A stretch of 64,000 nt of DNA, taken from contig JBNRSN020000020.1 in NCBI GenBank assembly GCA_051313645.2, positions 75,640,001 to 75,704,000 of the forward strand, in the 5' to 3' direction. The translations under genes and the position numbers were made by a program. This DNA comes from Centroscyllium fabricii. Taxonomy: Eukaryota. Position 1 is the first letter of the stretch; each line of letters starts with the position of its first letter. This document shows, piece by piece, positions 12,464 through 22,899 of this stretch. The notes under the pieces were generated by a model. That model searched no databases and was not told the origin of the DNA. It saw only the letters and a list, made by a program, of their open reading frames with translations.

Positions 12464-15400
12464 CGTGGTAAACCACTCTTTATGTATATATCTGTATATT
12501 ACTGTAACCCACTGTAACCACCCTTAAACCATGTTGTATTATAGTTCTCTGTGTGTGATCACCTGGACATGCCCATGCTGGCCCCGCCTGTGACTCCTCC
12601 CTCCCAGGACCAGGTACATAAGCGGCCGTCTCCCATCCCCGGCCATTCCTGGGGATGGTCGACTAGCTGGTGCATGTCCACATTTAGCTAATAAAAGCCT
12701 ATAGTTTTCACCTCTTAATAACTCGTCTCCGAGGTCGTTAATTCGGTAACAATTTTATTAGCTAAATTTGACGATGGAATCGATGCTCAAACCAGCAACG
12801 TTCGAGCTGGACCCCCGGACACCAGGCGCATCAAATATCTTTACGCACTGGTTCGACTGCTTTGATGCGTTCATCAAGGCAAACGCGGCGGTCGTCACGA
12901 CCGAGGAGGACAAACGGCGTCTCCTCAATGCCCGGGTGGGCCCTCAGGTATACTCCATGATCGTAGACGCATCATCGTACCAAGATGCAATCCGGATCCT
13001 CAAAGTGGAGTACAACCGGCCACCCAACATCGTCCACGCCAGACACCTCCTGGCTACCAGAAGACAGCAACCCAGTGAGTCCAGCGTGGAGTTCCTACGC
13101 GCGCTGAGAGTACTCTCCCGGGCCTGTAACTGCAGATCGCAGTCGGCCCAGGTCCACGTGGACAGCCTGATCAGGGACGCGTATGTGACTGGCCTCAGGT
13201 CGGACTATATTCGCCAAAGGCTATTAGAACAGAACGGCCTTGACCTGCAGGCGACAGCGGACCTGGGCAACGCGCTGGATGTGGCATCGCTGAATCTGTC
13301 ATCATATTCCGGCAACTATGCGGGCCCAGCCCCGACAGCTTGGACATCGCCGGCGCCGCGACCGGCGGAAGAGATGACTGCGGCCGCTCATTCTAAGACG
13401 GCCAAATGTTACTTCTGCGGGCAGTCTCAGCACCCGAGACGGAACTGCCCGGCAAAAGACGCGGCCTGCTCGAAATGCGGCAAGAAAGGACACTATGCCA
13501 AAGTCTGCAGAGCAACTGCAACGCTGCAATCGAAACCGGGCAGTGCCGCGTGTGGGCAATGGGGGCAGCCATCTTGGACACAGCCATCTTCAACACAGCC
13601 CACCGCGTGGCAGCAGACGCCATCTTGGTCTCAGCCACCCCCTCCGCAGTACACCACATGGCGGCAGCCATCTTGGGACCAGGCCCCAGACGACTTCTCA
13701 ACGGATCAAAACGACTCGACCGACCCGACACTGGCATCCATCACCTTGGATCAGAACAAGGCACAACCACTCAGCAGGTCGATGATGACGGTGGAAGTGA
13801 ACGGGCGGAGCATCGAGTGCTTCTTCGACAGCGGGAGTACGGCAAGTTTTGTCCACCCAGAAACGATAAGGCGCCTCTCCCTTAAGGTTACGCCGGCAAG
13901 CCAAAAGATCTCTATGGTATCAAAGTCGGAATCCGCGGACGTCTCCGGACGTTGCGCGGTGACTCTAACGGTACGGGGCGTGCACTTTAGCAATTTCAAA
14001 CTATTCGTGCTGCCGCAGCTCTGCACTCCATTATTACTGGGCCTGGACTTCCAGTGCCACCTCCAGAGCGTTACCATGGCATACGGTGGGCCCCTTCCCC
14101 CGCTCACGGTCTGCAACCAGCGCTCCTCGCAGCATCCTCAGCGCGCTACCTGTGGCCTCTCGACCCTTAAGGTCGCCCCTCCCTCGCTCTTTGCTAACCT
14201 CACCCCGGACTGCAAGCCCGTCGCCACCAAAAGTAGGCGCTACAGTACCGGGGACATGGACTTCATCAAGTCCGAGGTGAAGCGCCTCCTGAGGGAGGGG
14301 GTCATCGAGGCCAGTAACAGCCCTTGGAGGGCGCAGGTAGTGGTGGTGAAGACCGGAGCTAAGAACCGAATGGTAGTGGACTATAGCCAGACCATTAACC
14401 GGTTCACCCAGTTAGACGCGTACCCCCTTCCCCGGATAGCGGACATGGTAAATCAGATCGCGCAGTTTCGGGTCTTCTCAACTATAGATCTGAAGTCCGC
14501 ATATCACCAGCTTCCCATCCGTCCAGAGGACCGTCTCTATACGGTCTTCGAGGCCGACGGCTGCCTCTATCACTTCCTCAGGGTCCCGTTTGGCGTCACG
14601 AATGGTGTCTCGGTCTTCCAAAGGGAGATGGACCGAATGGTCGATCAGTACGGGCTGCAGGCCACCTTTCCGTATCTCGATAACATGACCATCTGCGGCC
14701 ACGACCTGCAGGACCATGACGCCAACCTCCAGAAATTTCTCCACACCGCCAAAACACTGAACCTGACATATAACACGGAAAAATGTGTGTTCAGGACCAC
14801 CCGCCTCACCATCCTCGGCAGTGTTGTGGAGAATGGGGTCATCGGTCCCGACCCGGACCGCATGCGCCCCCTCCTGGAGCTTCCCCTCCCCCACTCCCTC
14901 AAGGCCCTCAAAAGGTGCCTGGGGTTCTTCGCCTATTATGCCCAGTGGGTCCCCAACTATGCGGACAAAGCCCGCCCACTACTTAAATCGACCTCATTCC
15001 CCCTGTCAGCAGATGCCCGCGCGGCGTTCTGCGGCATTAAGGATGACATTGCAAAGGCAACGATGCACGCTGTGGATGAGTCCGTCCCGTTCCAGGTCGA
15101 GAGCGATGCATCGGACTTTGCCCTGGCCACCACCCTTAACCAGGCGGGCAGACCCGTGGCCTTCTTCTCACGTACCCTCCAGGGCCCCGAGACCCGCCAC
15201 TCTTCAGTCGAGAAGGAGGCCCAGGCCATTGTTGAAGCAGTGCGACACTGGAAGCACTACCTGGCCGGCAAACGATTTACCCTGCTGACTGACCAACGCT
15301 CAGTCGCTTTTATGTTCAACAACAAAGAGCGGGGTAAAATCAAGAACGACAAGATACTGAGGTGGAGAATTGAGCTCTCCGCTTTCAACTGTGATATCTT

Positions 15401-17122
15401 GTACTGGCCCGGGAAATTCAATGAGCCCCCAGATGCCCTATCATGCGGTACATGTGCCAGCGCACAAGTGGACCATCTCCAAACCCTGCACAACGACCTC
15501 TGCCACCCGGGGGTCACCAGGTTGGTCCACTTTGTTAAGTCCCGCAACCTCCCCTACTCCATCGAGGAGGTCAAGACCATGACCAGGAACTGCCAGGTCT
15601 GTGCGGAGTGCAAGCCGCACTTCTTTCGGCCAGACCGGGCGCACCTGATCAAGGCCACCTGCCCCTTTGAGCGACTCAGTGTCGATTTTAAAGGGCCCCT
15701 TCCCTCGTCAAACAGAAACGTGTACTTTCTGAATGTCATCGACGAGTACTCGCGTTTCCCCTTCGCCATCCCCTGCCCGGACATGACCTCTGCCACCGTC
15801 ATTAAGGCCCTCCACAGCATTTTCTCCCTGTTCGGCTACCCCAGCTACATTCATAGCGACCGGGGGGCCTCTTTCATGAGTGACGAGCTGCGTCAGTTCC
15901 TGCTAGCCAAAGGCATCACTACTAGCAGGACTACCAGCTACAACCCCCGGGGGAACGGACAGGTAGAGAGGGAGAACGCCACGGTCTGGAAGGCCATCCT
16001 GTTGGCCCTACGGTCTAAAGGCCTCACAGTCTCCCGCTGGCAGGACGTCCTCCCCGAAGCGCTCCACTCCATCCGGTCACTCCTTTGTACGGCCACTAAC
16101 ACCACCCCTCACGAGCGACTTTTTGCCTTCCCTAGGAAGTCGGCTTCCGGGACCTCGCTGCCGTCATGGCTATCATCCCCGGGACCAGTTCTACTCAGGA
16201 AGCACATGAGGGGCCACAAGTCAGACCCCCTGGTCGAACGGGTCCACCTCCTGCATGCCAATCCCCAGTACGCCTGGCGTACCCCGACGGGAGGGAGGAC
16301 ACAGTGTCCATCAAGGACCTGGCACCAGCGGGTGCCCCCGAGACCAGCCCTGCCCAACAGCCCGCGCCCCCGCGCCTGCCAGCCACCCCCCCCCCCCCCC
16401 CCGGGCCACCGGCACCAAGGTACGCCGCCCAGTACAAGACTCCAGCACCACAGTACGTCCACCCGGCACCTGTAGGCAGCACGGCATGGCCCCCGGCATG
16501 GCTCCACAGTGCACGCGCCCAAGAGTCAGACGACGAGGGGGAGAGCGCGCCGCCAACCGTCACCGCAAGGGCACCGACGAGGAACCGAACGCCCCCGCCG
16601 ATCTCGCTACGACCAACTCAACCGGCTATTTTACATCCACCGACACCACCACCAGCGGTGCGCCTGCCGATCTCACTATGACCAACTCAACCGGCTATCT
16701 TACGTCCACCGACACCACCACCAGCGGTGCGCCGATCAACCAGGCTAACCAGGCCACCCGAAAGACTGAACCTGTAATTTAAAAGAACTGTCGCATTCAC
16801 CCCACCGGACTTTCGTTTTAAAGAAGGGGTGAATGTGGTAAACCACTCTTTATGTATATATCTGTATATTATTGTAACCTACTGTAACCACCCTTAAACC
16901 ATGTTGTATTATAGTTCTTTGTGTGTGATCACCTGGACATGCCCATGCTGGCCCCACCTGTGACTCCTCCCTCCTAGGACCAGGTACATAAGCGGCCGTC
17001 ACCCTCTCCCCGGCCATTCCTGGGGACGGTCGACTAGCTGGTGCATGTCCACCTTTAGCTAATAAAAGCCTATAGTTTTCACCTCTTAATAACTCGTCTC
17101 CGAGGTCGTTAATTCGGTAACA
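12464..17122 (+). mobile_element. Full-length Gypsy/Ty3 LTR retrotransposon (element 1)
   Basis: LTRs at 12464-12751 and 16834-17122, 5-bp TSD CTTAC, PPT AAGAAGGGGTGAA, and PR-RT-RH-IN domain order. Confidence 0.97.
12774..16475 (+). CDS. Gag-Pol polyprotein (single ORF; a frameshift near 16272 moves the integrase tail to the frame ending at 16681)
   Basis: Two CCHC knuckles, protease FDSGS, RT IDLKSAYHQ and YLDN, RNase H SDAS...EKE, integrase HHCC plus D-D-E (VDFKGP, SDRG, GQVER). Confidence 0.92.
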   Translation: MESMLKPATFELDPRTPGASNIFTHWFDCFDAFIKANAAVVTTEEDKRRLLNARVGPQVYSMIVDASSYQDAIRILKVEYNRPPNIVHARHLLATRRQQPSESSVEFLRALRVLSRACNCRSQSAQVHVDSLIRDAYVTGLRSDYIRQRLLEQNGLDLQATADLGNALDVASLNLSSYSGNYAGPAPTAWTSPAPRPAEEMTAAAHSKTAKCYFCGQSQHPRRNCPAKDAACSKCGKKGHYAKVCRATATLQSKPGSAACGQWGQPSWTQPSSTQPTAWQQTPSWSQPPPPQYTTWRQPSWDQAPDDFSTDQNDSTDPTLASITLDQNKAQPLSRSMMTVEVNGRSIECFFDSGSTASFVHPETIRRLSLKVTPASQKISMVSKSESADVSGRCAVTLTVRGVHFSNFKLFVLPQLCTPLLLGLDFQCHLQSVTMAYGGPLPPLTVCNQRSSQHPQRATCGLSTLKVAPPSLFANLTPDCKPVATKSRRYSTGDMDFIKSEVKRLLREGVIEASNSPWRAQVVVVKTGAKNRMVVDYSQTINRFTQLDAYPLPRIADMVNQIAQFRVFSTIDLKSAYHQLPIRPEDRLYTVFEADGCLYHFLRVPFGVTNGVSVFQREMDRMVDQYGLQATFPYLDNMTICGHDLQDHDANLQKFLHTAKTLNLTYNTEKCVFRTTRLTILGSVVENGVIGPDPDRMRPLLELPLPHSLKALKRCLGFFAYYAQWVPNYADKARPLLKSTSFPLSADARAAFCGIKDDIAKATMHAVDESVPFQVESDASDFALATTLNQAGRPVAFFSRTLQGPETRHSSVEKEAQAIVEAVRHWKHYLAGKRFTLLTDQRSVAFMFNNKERGKIKNDKILRWRIELSAFNCDILYWPGKFNEPPDALSCGTCASAQVDHLQTLHNDLCHPGVTRLVHFVKSRNLPYSIEEVKTMTRNCQVCAECKPHFFRPDRAHLIKATCPFERLSVDFKGPLPSSNRNVYFLNVIDEYSRFPFAIPCPDMTSATVIKALHSIFSLFGYPSYIHSDRGASFMSDELRQFLLAKGITTSRTTSYNPRGNGQVERENATVWKAILLALRSKGLTVSRWQDVLPEALHSIRSLLCTATNTTPHERLFAFPRKSASGTSLPSWLSSPGPVLLRKHMRGHKSDPLVERVHLLHANPQYAWRTPTGGRTQCPSRTWHQRVPPRPALPNSPRPRACQPPPPPPPGHRHQGTPPSTRLQHHSTSTRHL

Positions 17123-17341
17123 CTTACCCTGATAAAAAACTCAGAAAAAAATCGGATGTCCACTGCGCACCTCCTGATGCGCAGGCGAACGCGATCCAGC
17201 CAGCTGCAGCTTGTGATCCCCCGCTGGACGCCATTGGAATTATAGGTAGCAGTGGGAAACGGCTGCTCCCTGCAATTCGGAGCTCGGGTGCGTGAGCACC
17301 CAGCTCAAAAACCTCCCGCGCTCATCGGGATTTCTGGCCCA

Positions 17342-17500
17342 TTAGGACAGATTACCTAAAGCTTGGTCAAAGAGACAGGCTTTAAGGAGCATCTTAAAGG
17401 TGGAGAGAGAGGTAGAAAGGTGGAGACGTTCAAGGAGAGAATTCCAGAACTTAGAGCCGAGGCAGCTGAAGGCACGGCCGCCAATGGTGGAGCGATTGAA
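17342..17500 (-). mobile_element. L2 LINE 3' fragment
   Basis: 'TIGGRAFSCLGSKFWNSL...STFKMLLKACLF' is the L2 ORF2 C-terminus. Confidence 0.7.
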
Positions 17501-18449
17501 AAAATGCAATGGTCTCCATCTCAATCACTCCTTGTGCCAAAACATTTCATGCTCCAACAGCCAATGTGTGAAGAACTTTCTCCTAATTCAGCTCCACACT
17601 CTCTTAACCAGCATTTTAAGTTGACATCATCCTACATGTCAAATTTCTTGATAAAAACCCCTATTAGATCTCTTAGCCACCCAGTGGAAATAATCCTAGT
17701 ATCTCAAGTCTCTCCTTGTGACTATAGTTGGCCATCCCTGGCATCATTTACAATGAGATGATTACAGAGGATTTTCTGCAACACAAGGGAAGCTGGGTAC
17801 ATTTCACCCCCATTAGTGCCAAATCATCACCTGATATGCAACAGGGATGCAGTGTAATGGTCTGCGATTTGCAGAATAATTGGATGCTGTGGGTAATGGA
17901 AGCAAATGAGAGATGGTTTGGAATTCGACCATACACGTGTGCCAGAACGATACGGCTCAGATTATGGTTTATAGTTGGCTTTCAATCCCTCCTGGAATTA
18001 AATGAGAGGTTTGAAGAAAGAGCTCAGGCTGAAGAATTCAGAAGTTCTGCCGCAGGGAAGGAGCTGCAGGCAGTTCTTGTTGCAGCAATATCGCAGAAGA
18101 AAAAAATACCATGAAAGGAAAACCCAGACTGCAGCAAGAACAGCTGGAAGAAAGCAGCGACGTGACAGAGAAAAGAAAAACAATACAAGTGAACAGTGAG
18201 TTTATCATTAGATTATGGTGGATTTAAGCTGCAAATTTAGCCTTGCTGCAAAGTGGTTTTCACTTCACTGTGATACTAAAATTACAGGATAAATTCAGAA
18301 TCCTGATTCTGGTAAGAAGTGATGTGAGATTCCCTAGAGGGGGCAGCCTCAAGGTATTTGGGTTTGACGCCGCATGGTGTACAACTCCATGGAATATAAC
18401 CTATCCCGGCTTAATTAAAATGTTTGCAAAGAGCAGATGCTCGATCCTA

Positions 18450-18850
18450 CGCTGTACGAACATTTAAATTTAAACTGCTGGGGTGAACAACCTCCGTGTC
18501 TTGTTTAATCTTGTGCTGAGATTCAAAATATACATTTGCGGCACTAGCTGGACTGCCTATTTTCACCTCCACACCACCCTCCTCTCCCTTTACCTCACGC
18601 TCAGACCCACTGCAACCATTAACCATGCCTTCATCATCTCTAGGCTCCAATACTCCAAGGCCCTCTCGCCAGCCTCCCAAGCTCCACCCTCTCTGAAACT
18701 GTCACACCTCTGCCACCCACACCTTATCCAACATTAATTCCCGTTTCCCCATCACCATCTCCATTGGCTTCCCACCCTCCAGTGCATCAAATTCAAAAGG
18801 CTTGTCCTTGTCTACACCCCTCCATCTTTCCCTAACTCTATGGCCTCAAT
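18450..18850 (+). mobile_element. Decayed L2 LINE RT C-terminal fragment
   Basis: 'TAYFHL...INHAFIISRLQYSKAL' pattern. Confidence 0.55.
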
Positions 18851-18878
18851 CTTCTCTCAGGTGTGGAGAATTGGTGGG

Positions 18879-19212
18879 TGTGGTAACCGTAATTACCAGT
18901 GTATATATATATGGATGTGTTCACCTTCAACTCTGTACATTGTGTGTATATATATGGATGTGTTCACCTTCAACTCTGTACATTGTGTGTATATATATGG
19001 ATGTGTTCACCTTCAACTCTGTACATTGTATGCAAGGCCAGGTCAGCCACACCTCTAACCCCTCCCCTCAGGTGGGAGCATATAGGTGAGGGCCACCCTG
19101 CCCCCGCTCATTCTCGCCTTGAACTCGACAGGAGACTAGCTCCATTGTAAGTGAATAAAAGGCTGTAGTTTGGGTAACTACTCGTCTTTCGTGTTTGATT
19201 GACGATACGTCA
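18879..19212 (+). mobile_element. Gypsy solo LTR with three ~43-bp tandem repeats in U3
   Basis: TGTGGTAACC...CA termini, perfect 5-bp TSD GTGGG, and TAGCTCCATT...AATAAAAGGC and ACTCGTC motifs shared with elements 1, A and B. Confidence 0.85.
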
Positions 19213-22200
19213 GTGGGTTTCCAGCGGGTCAGGTTTCCCACATGAATCCTCAAGGGCCTAGGAGCCCCACGCAATTTTGGCTTAAATGGCCAATTGAGTT
19301 CCAGCATGTGGGAAGCCTTGGCACTTGAGTGTTTCCAGTCAGAAAGTCGCACAATATGATGTCATCGTTGCTGGTGCATTTCAGGTCCACAGCGAGCCTT
19401 GCTTCTGCTGCAGACTGCCAACCTTGTGCCCTTTCATGCCAGAGGGACCTGGAGGCAGAATGACCATCGAGACCCCTAGGTCTGCTTCCAGGTTTGATGA
19501 TCTGGCCCTGCAAGCTTTAGTTGAGGGAGCAAGAGCTCATAAAGAGGTGCTCGTTCATTCTTCAGGGAGGAAGAAGTCTCCCCAGCAGGCTGTGTGGATC
19601 CAGGTGGCAGAGGAGGGCAACTCATTATCAGTAACCCGCAGAACCTGGCTTCAGTGCAGGAAGAGGTTTCATGACTTTCTGCGCACTGGAAAAGTGAGGA
19701 TGGAATTCCCCACACCCTCAATCTGATCCCCATTGCCTTTCCTCACCAGCATTCAGCTTCAGCAATCTCTTCCTCCACATCCCACTTGACACTCACATCC
19801 ATGCACCCTTACCCATTCCCTCTCTCTCTATGGTCACATTCACATAACTATTCTACCATGCAGCCCTCACACTCCCTATCACTCTGATGCTTTGGACACA
19901 AATGACAACACACAGGGAGGGCCCTTGGCCTTGCGACCTCACTCCATCTTTGTCCCCTTCTAAGTATCTATGCTATGGAATCTCTACACTCACTCCTTCA
20001 TTCTCACTCAACCTCCACTTGTCTCCCTCATTGCAGGAAAAGAGAGCTCACAATAAGTGAGAACGAGCGAGGACAGGAGGAGTGTCACCCTCACTAGCCC
20101 ACCTCACCCCCTGGGAGGAGGCGGTCCTGGAGATCGTAGGAGTGGAGGAAGATGCGCAAGTGGGAGATGGACAGATGGGTGTATCACAGCAAGCTGGTGC
20201 CAGATTAGTTTTCCATCTCTCTCATGGACATTGCATGAGTCGCTGATAATGATTCTAAAGTTCTGCAATATGAGGAACTGAAAGAAATCTGTATTTGCAG
20301 GGAAATGGTGTTAGGGAAATTGATGGGATTAAAGGCCGATAAATCCCCAGGGCCTGATAATCTACATCTTAGGGTACTTAAGGAAGTGGCTCTAGAAATA
20401 GTGGACGCATTACTGATTATCTTCCAGCAATCGATGGAATCTGGAATTGTACCCATGGATTGGAGGGTGGCTAATGTTACCACACTATTCAAAAAGGGTG
20501 GTAGGGAGAAAGCGGGAAATTACAGACCAGTAAGCCTGACATCGGTAGTGGGGAAGATGCTGGAGTCCATAGAAACATAGAAGATAGGAGCATGAGTAGG
20601 CCATTTGGCCCTTCGAGCCTGCGCCGCCATTCAATGAGATCATGGCTGATCATCCAAACCCAGTATCCTGTCCCTGCCTTGTCCCCAAATCCCTTGATCC
20701 CTATCGAGCCTGCACCGACACACATCCCACCCTATCCCCGTAACCCCACATATTCAATCCCCCTAACACTAAGTGTCAATTTATCATGGCCAATCAACCT
20801 AACCCGCACATCTTTGGACTGTGGGAGGAAACCGGAGCACCCGGACGAAACCCACGCAGACACGGGGAGAATGTGCAAACTCCACACAGATAGTACCCGA
20901 GGCTGGATTTGAACCCGGGTCTCTAGTGCTGTAAGGCAACAGTACTAACCACTATGTCACCGTGCCGCCCTCTGGAGTTTAGAAGATTGAGCGGGGATCT
21001 CATCGAAACGTATAAAATTCTAACTGGTCTGGACAAACTTGATACAGGAAGAATGTTCCCAATGATCGGAGAGTCCAGAACCAGGGGTCATAGTCTAAGG
21101 ATAAGGGGTATCTCATTTAGGACAGAGATGAGGAGGAATTTCTTCACCCAGAGAGTGGTGAACCTGTGGAATTCTCTGCCACAGAGGGCGGTGGAGGCTA
21201 GTTCATTGAATATATTCAAGAAGGAGCTGGATCTATTTCTTAAGGCTAGAGGGATCAAGGGATACGGGGAGAAGGCAGGGACAGGGTACTGAGTTTGGAT
21301 GATTAGCCATGATCATTGAATGGCGGAGCAGGCTCGAGGGGCCGAATGGTCTACTCCTGCTCCTATCTTCTATGTTTCTATGCAAGGTGCATGTAACTTT
21401 GGCATCACATCTCTAACTCTTTCCTTTACTCCCCGACAGGACCATCGCAAGCAGCCGTTCCCACTAGATAGGAGGAACAGCCTGAGCATCTAGACCCCTC
21501 AGAGGAAGCTGCAACCTCTGAGGGCGCAGCGTCAGCAGAATTCAGCGCACCCAGCACCAGCGCAGACACTCACATTTCGGGGGGACCTTCGGGACATAGA
21601 GTAGTGTTGTCACCTTGTGTCACAGCTCACAAGTATGCATCAGCAGATTGTGGAGGCAGGGGCAGCAGTGGAGAGTCCTAGTCAGAGGGCGCAGGACTCT
21701 GCCAGCTCGACTCAGCTGCATGTCAACCCTGTGCCTCTGGGTCCATCCATAAGATCGGCGGTGCTGGAACTCCAGGAACAGATGTAGGAGTGGATGGGTG
21801 AGCAGCAGCCTGGCGCTCCTGTTGCTGCTGCTGTTGTTCCTGGTTCTGCTGGTGCCGCGGCTGGTGTGGGAGCTCATCTAATGCCCAGAAAGGAATTAAA
21901 TAAATGGCTTTCACGCTTCTGGCATATGCTTCCGCTGAAGAAGCGCTGAGTGAAGGTGCCGAGAGGGGTTTCCCAGGAGTTCACACTGGAGGTGTGTGTG
22001 AGGCTCCAACCTTCCACAGGTGTGCTTAAGACTTCTAAAAGTTGCCCCAATCCTGACATAATAAGGTCCTGCCACCTGCATATGATGGCTGATTCAATCT
22101 CATACTTTATGATGGACTTGCAGCTGAGAATCAGCAAGCCAATTGTGTCCCCGCCAGGCTTCACCGGCGGTGTTTCCAGCTGCCAGGTTTTGTGTGGGAA

Positions 22201-22446
22201 AAGGCTGAAAATTGCAAGGGCCTCCTAAAATGGCATTATAGATGCTAATTAATGGTGATTAAGGTGCCTAAAGACCATTCCCGCCGGTCACGGGCAGGAC
22301 TAAAGCGGGCTGACCAGACACGGCAGGGGGAAAATCGCAACACCTGGGGAAACCGGGTGTGGGAGGGGTCGCGACCCCCCAGTTTTGCAATTTTGCGGCC
22401 CGACCTGCCGAAAAGCCCGCCTGACGGCTCAAGGTAAACTGACCCC
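19213..22446. mobile_element. Internally deleted Harbinger element: intron-containing Myb/SANT gene (+) and transposase N-terminal remnant (-)
   Basis: Exon 19460-19693 'SASRFDDLALQALVE...WIQVAEE...RRTWLQCRKRFHDF' with a GT donor, AG acceptors near 20036 and 21439, and transposase-like sequence at about 21950-21780 (-). Confidence 0.6.
20268..21382 (+). mobile_element. CR1 LINE fragments flanking an HE1-like SINE (20568-20969, -)
   Basis: 'KSPGPDNLHLRVLKE...NYRPVSLTSVVGKMLES', then the SINE, then the CR1 C-terminus and 3' UTR. Confidence 0.85.
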
Positions 22447-22899
22447 TACAGGTTCCTGCAGTGCTATGTGAAAGTGTGCCGCCCTACTCTTCCAACTCTA
22501 GCCTCCTTTGCCTCCCCTCCATCTCCACTCTAACTGAACTGTTTTTTTCTCCCAATTTCATCTTTGTTACAAATCCCATTTAACTCCCACAACCCCCTGT
22601 AGCGTAGTCGCTAGCTCAATTAAAAGGTGACAAGTAAGTACCGAAATACAAGGCTTTTAATTGCTAAAGAATGGAGCTACTCTCCTCCACGAGTTACAAT
22701 ACAGGAATGAATGAACTTGGGTCAGACCACACCAATACCGGGGCCTCACCTGGGGGAGGAGTCGGGGGTGTGGCTGACCTGGTTCTCGGCAGTGTCATAA
22801 CAAACAGGGCTGTGCCTAACAGTTGCACAGCCCATTATTAGCAGTGGTTATACAGTGGTAATATAGTGGTAATATAATGGTTACCACATTCACCCCTTC

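Larger units (their letters stand above)
12088..17340. mobile_element. Harbinger-like MITE split by Gypsy element 1
   Basis: The flanks 12088-12463 and 17123-17340 join into the reverse complement of the uninterrupted copy at 59918-60675. Right TIR GATTTCTGGCCC followed by ATT. Confidence 0.75.

Noticed and set aside
16166-16782. env-like or extra third ORF in element 1
   Set aside because: The 16166-16681 frame contains the frameshifted integrase tail (PDGREDTVSIKDLAP), which is in frame in A and B. There is no signal peptide or transmembrane segment.
17728-18199. Purine-rich ORFs and a possible exon at about 18086-18195
   Set aside because: Several frames are equally plausible and no domain is recognisable, so support is insufficient.
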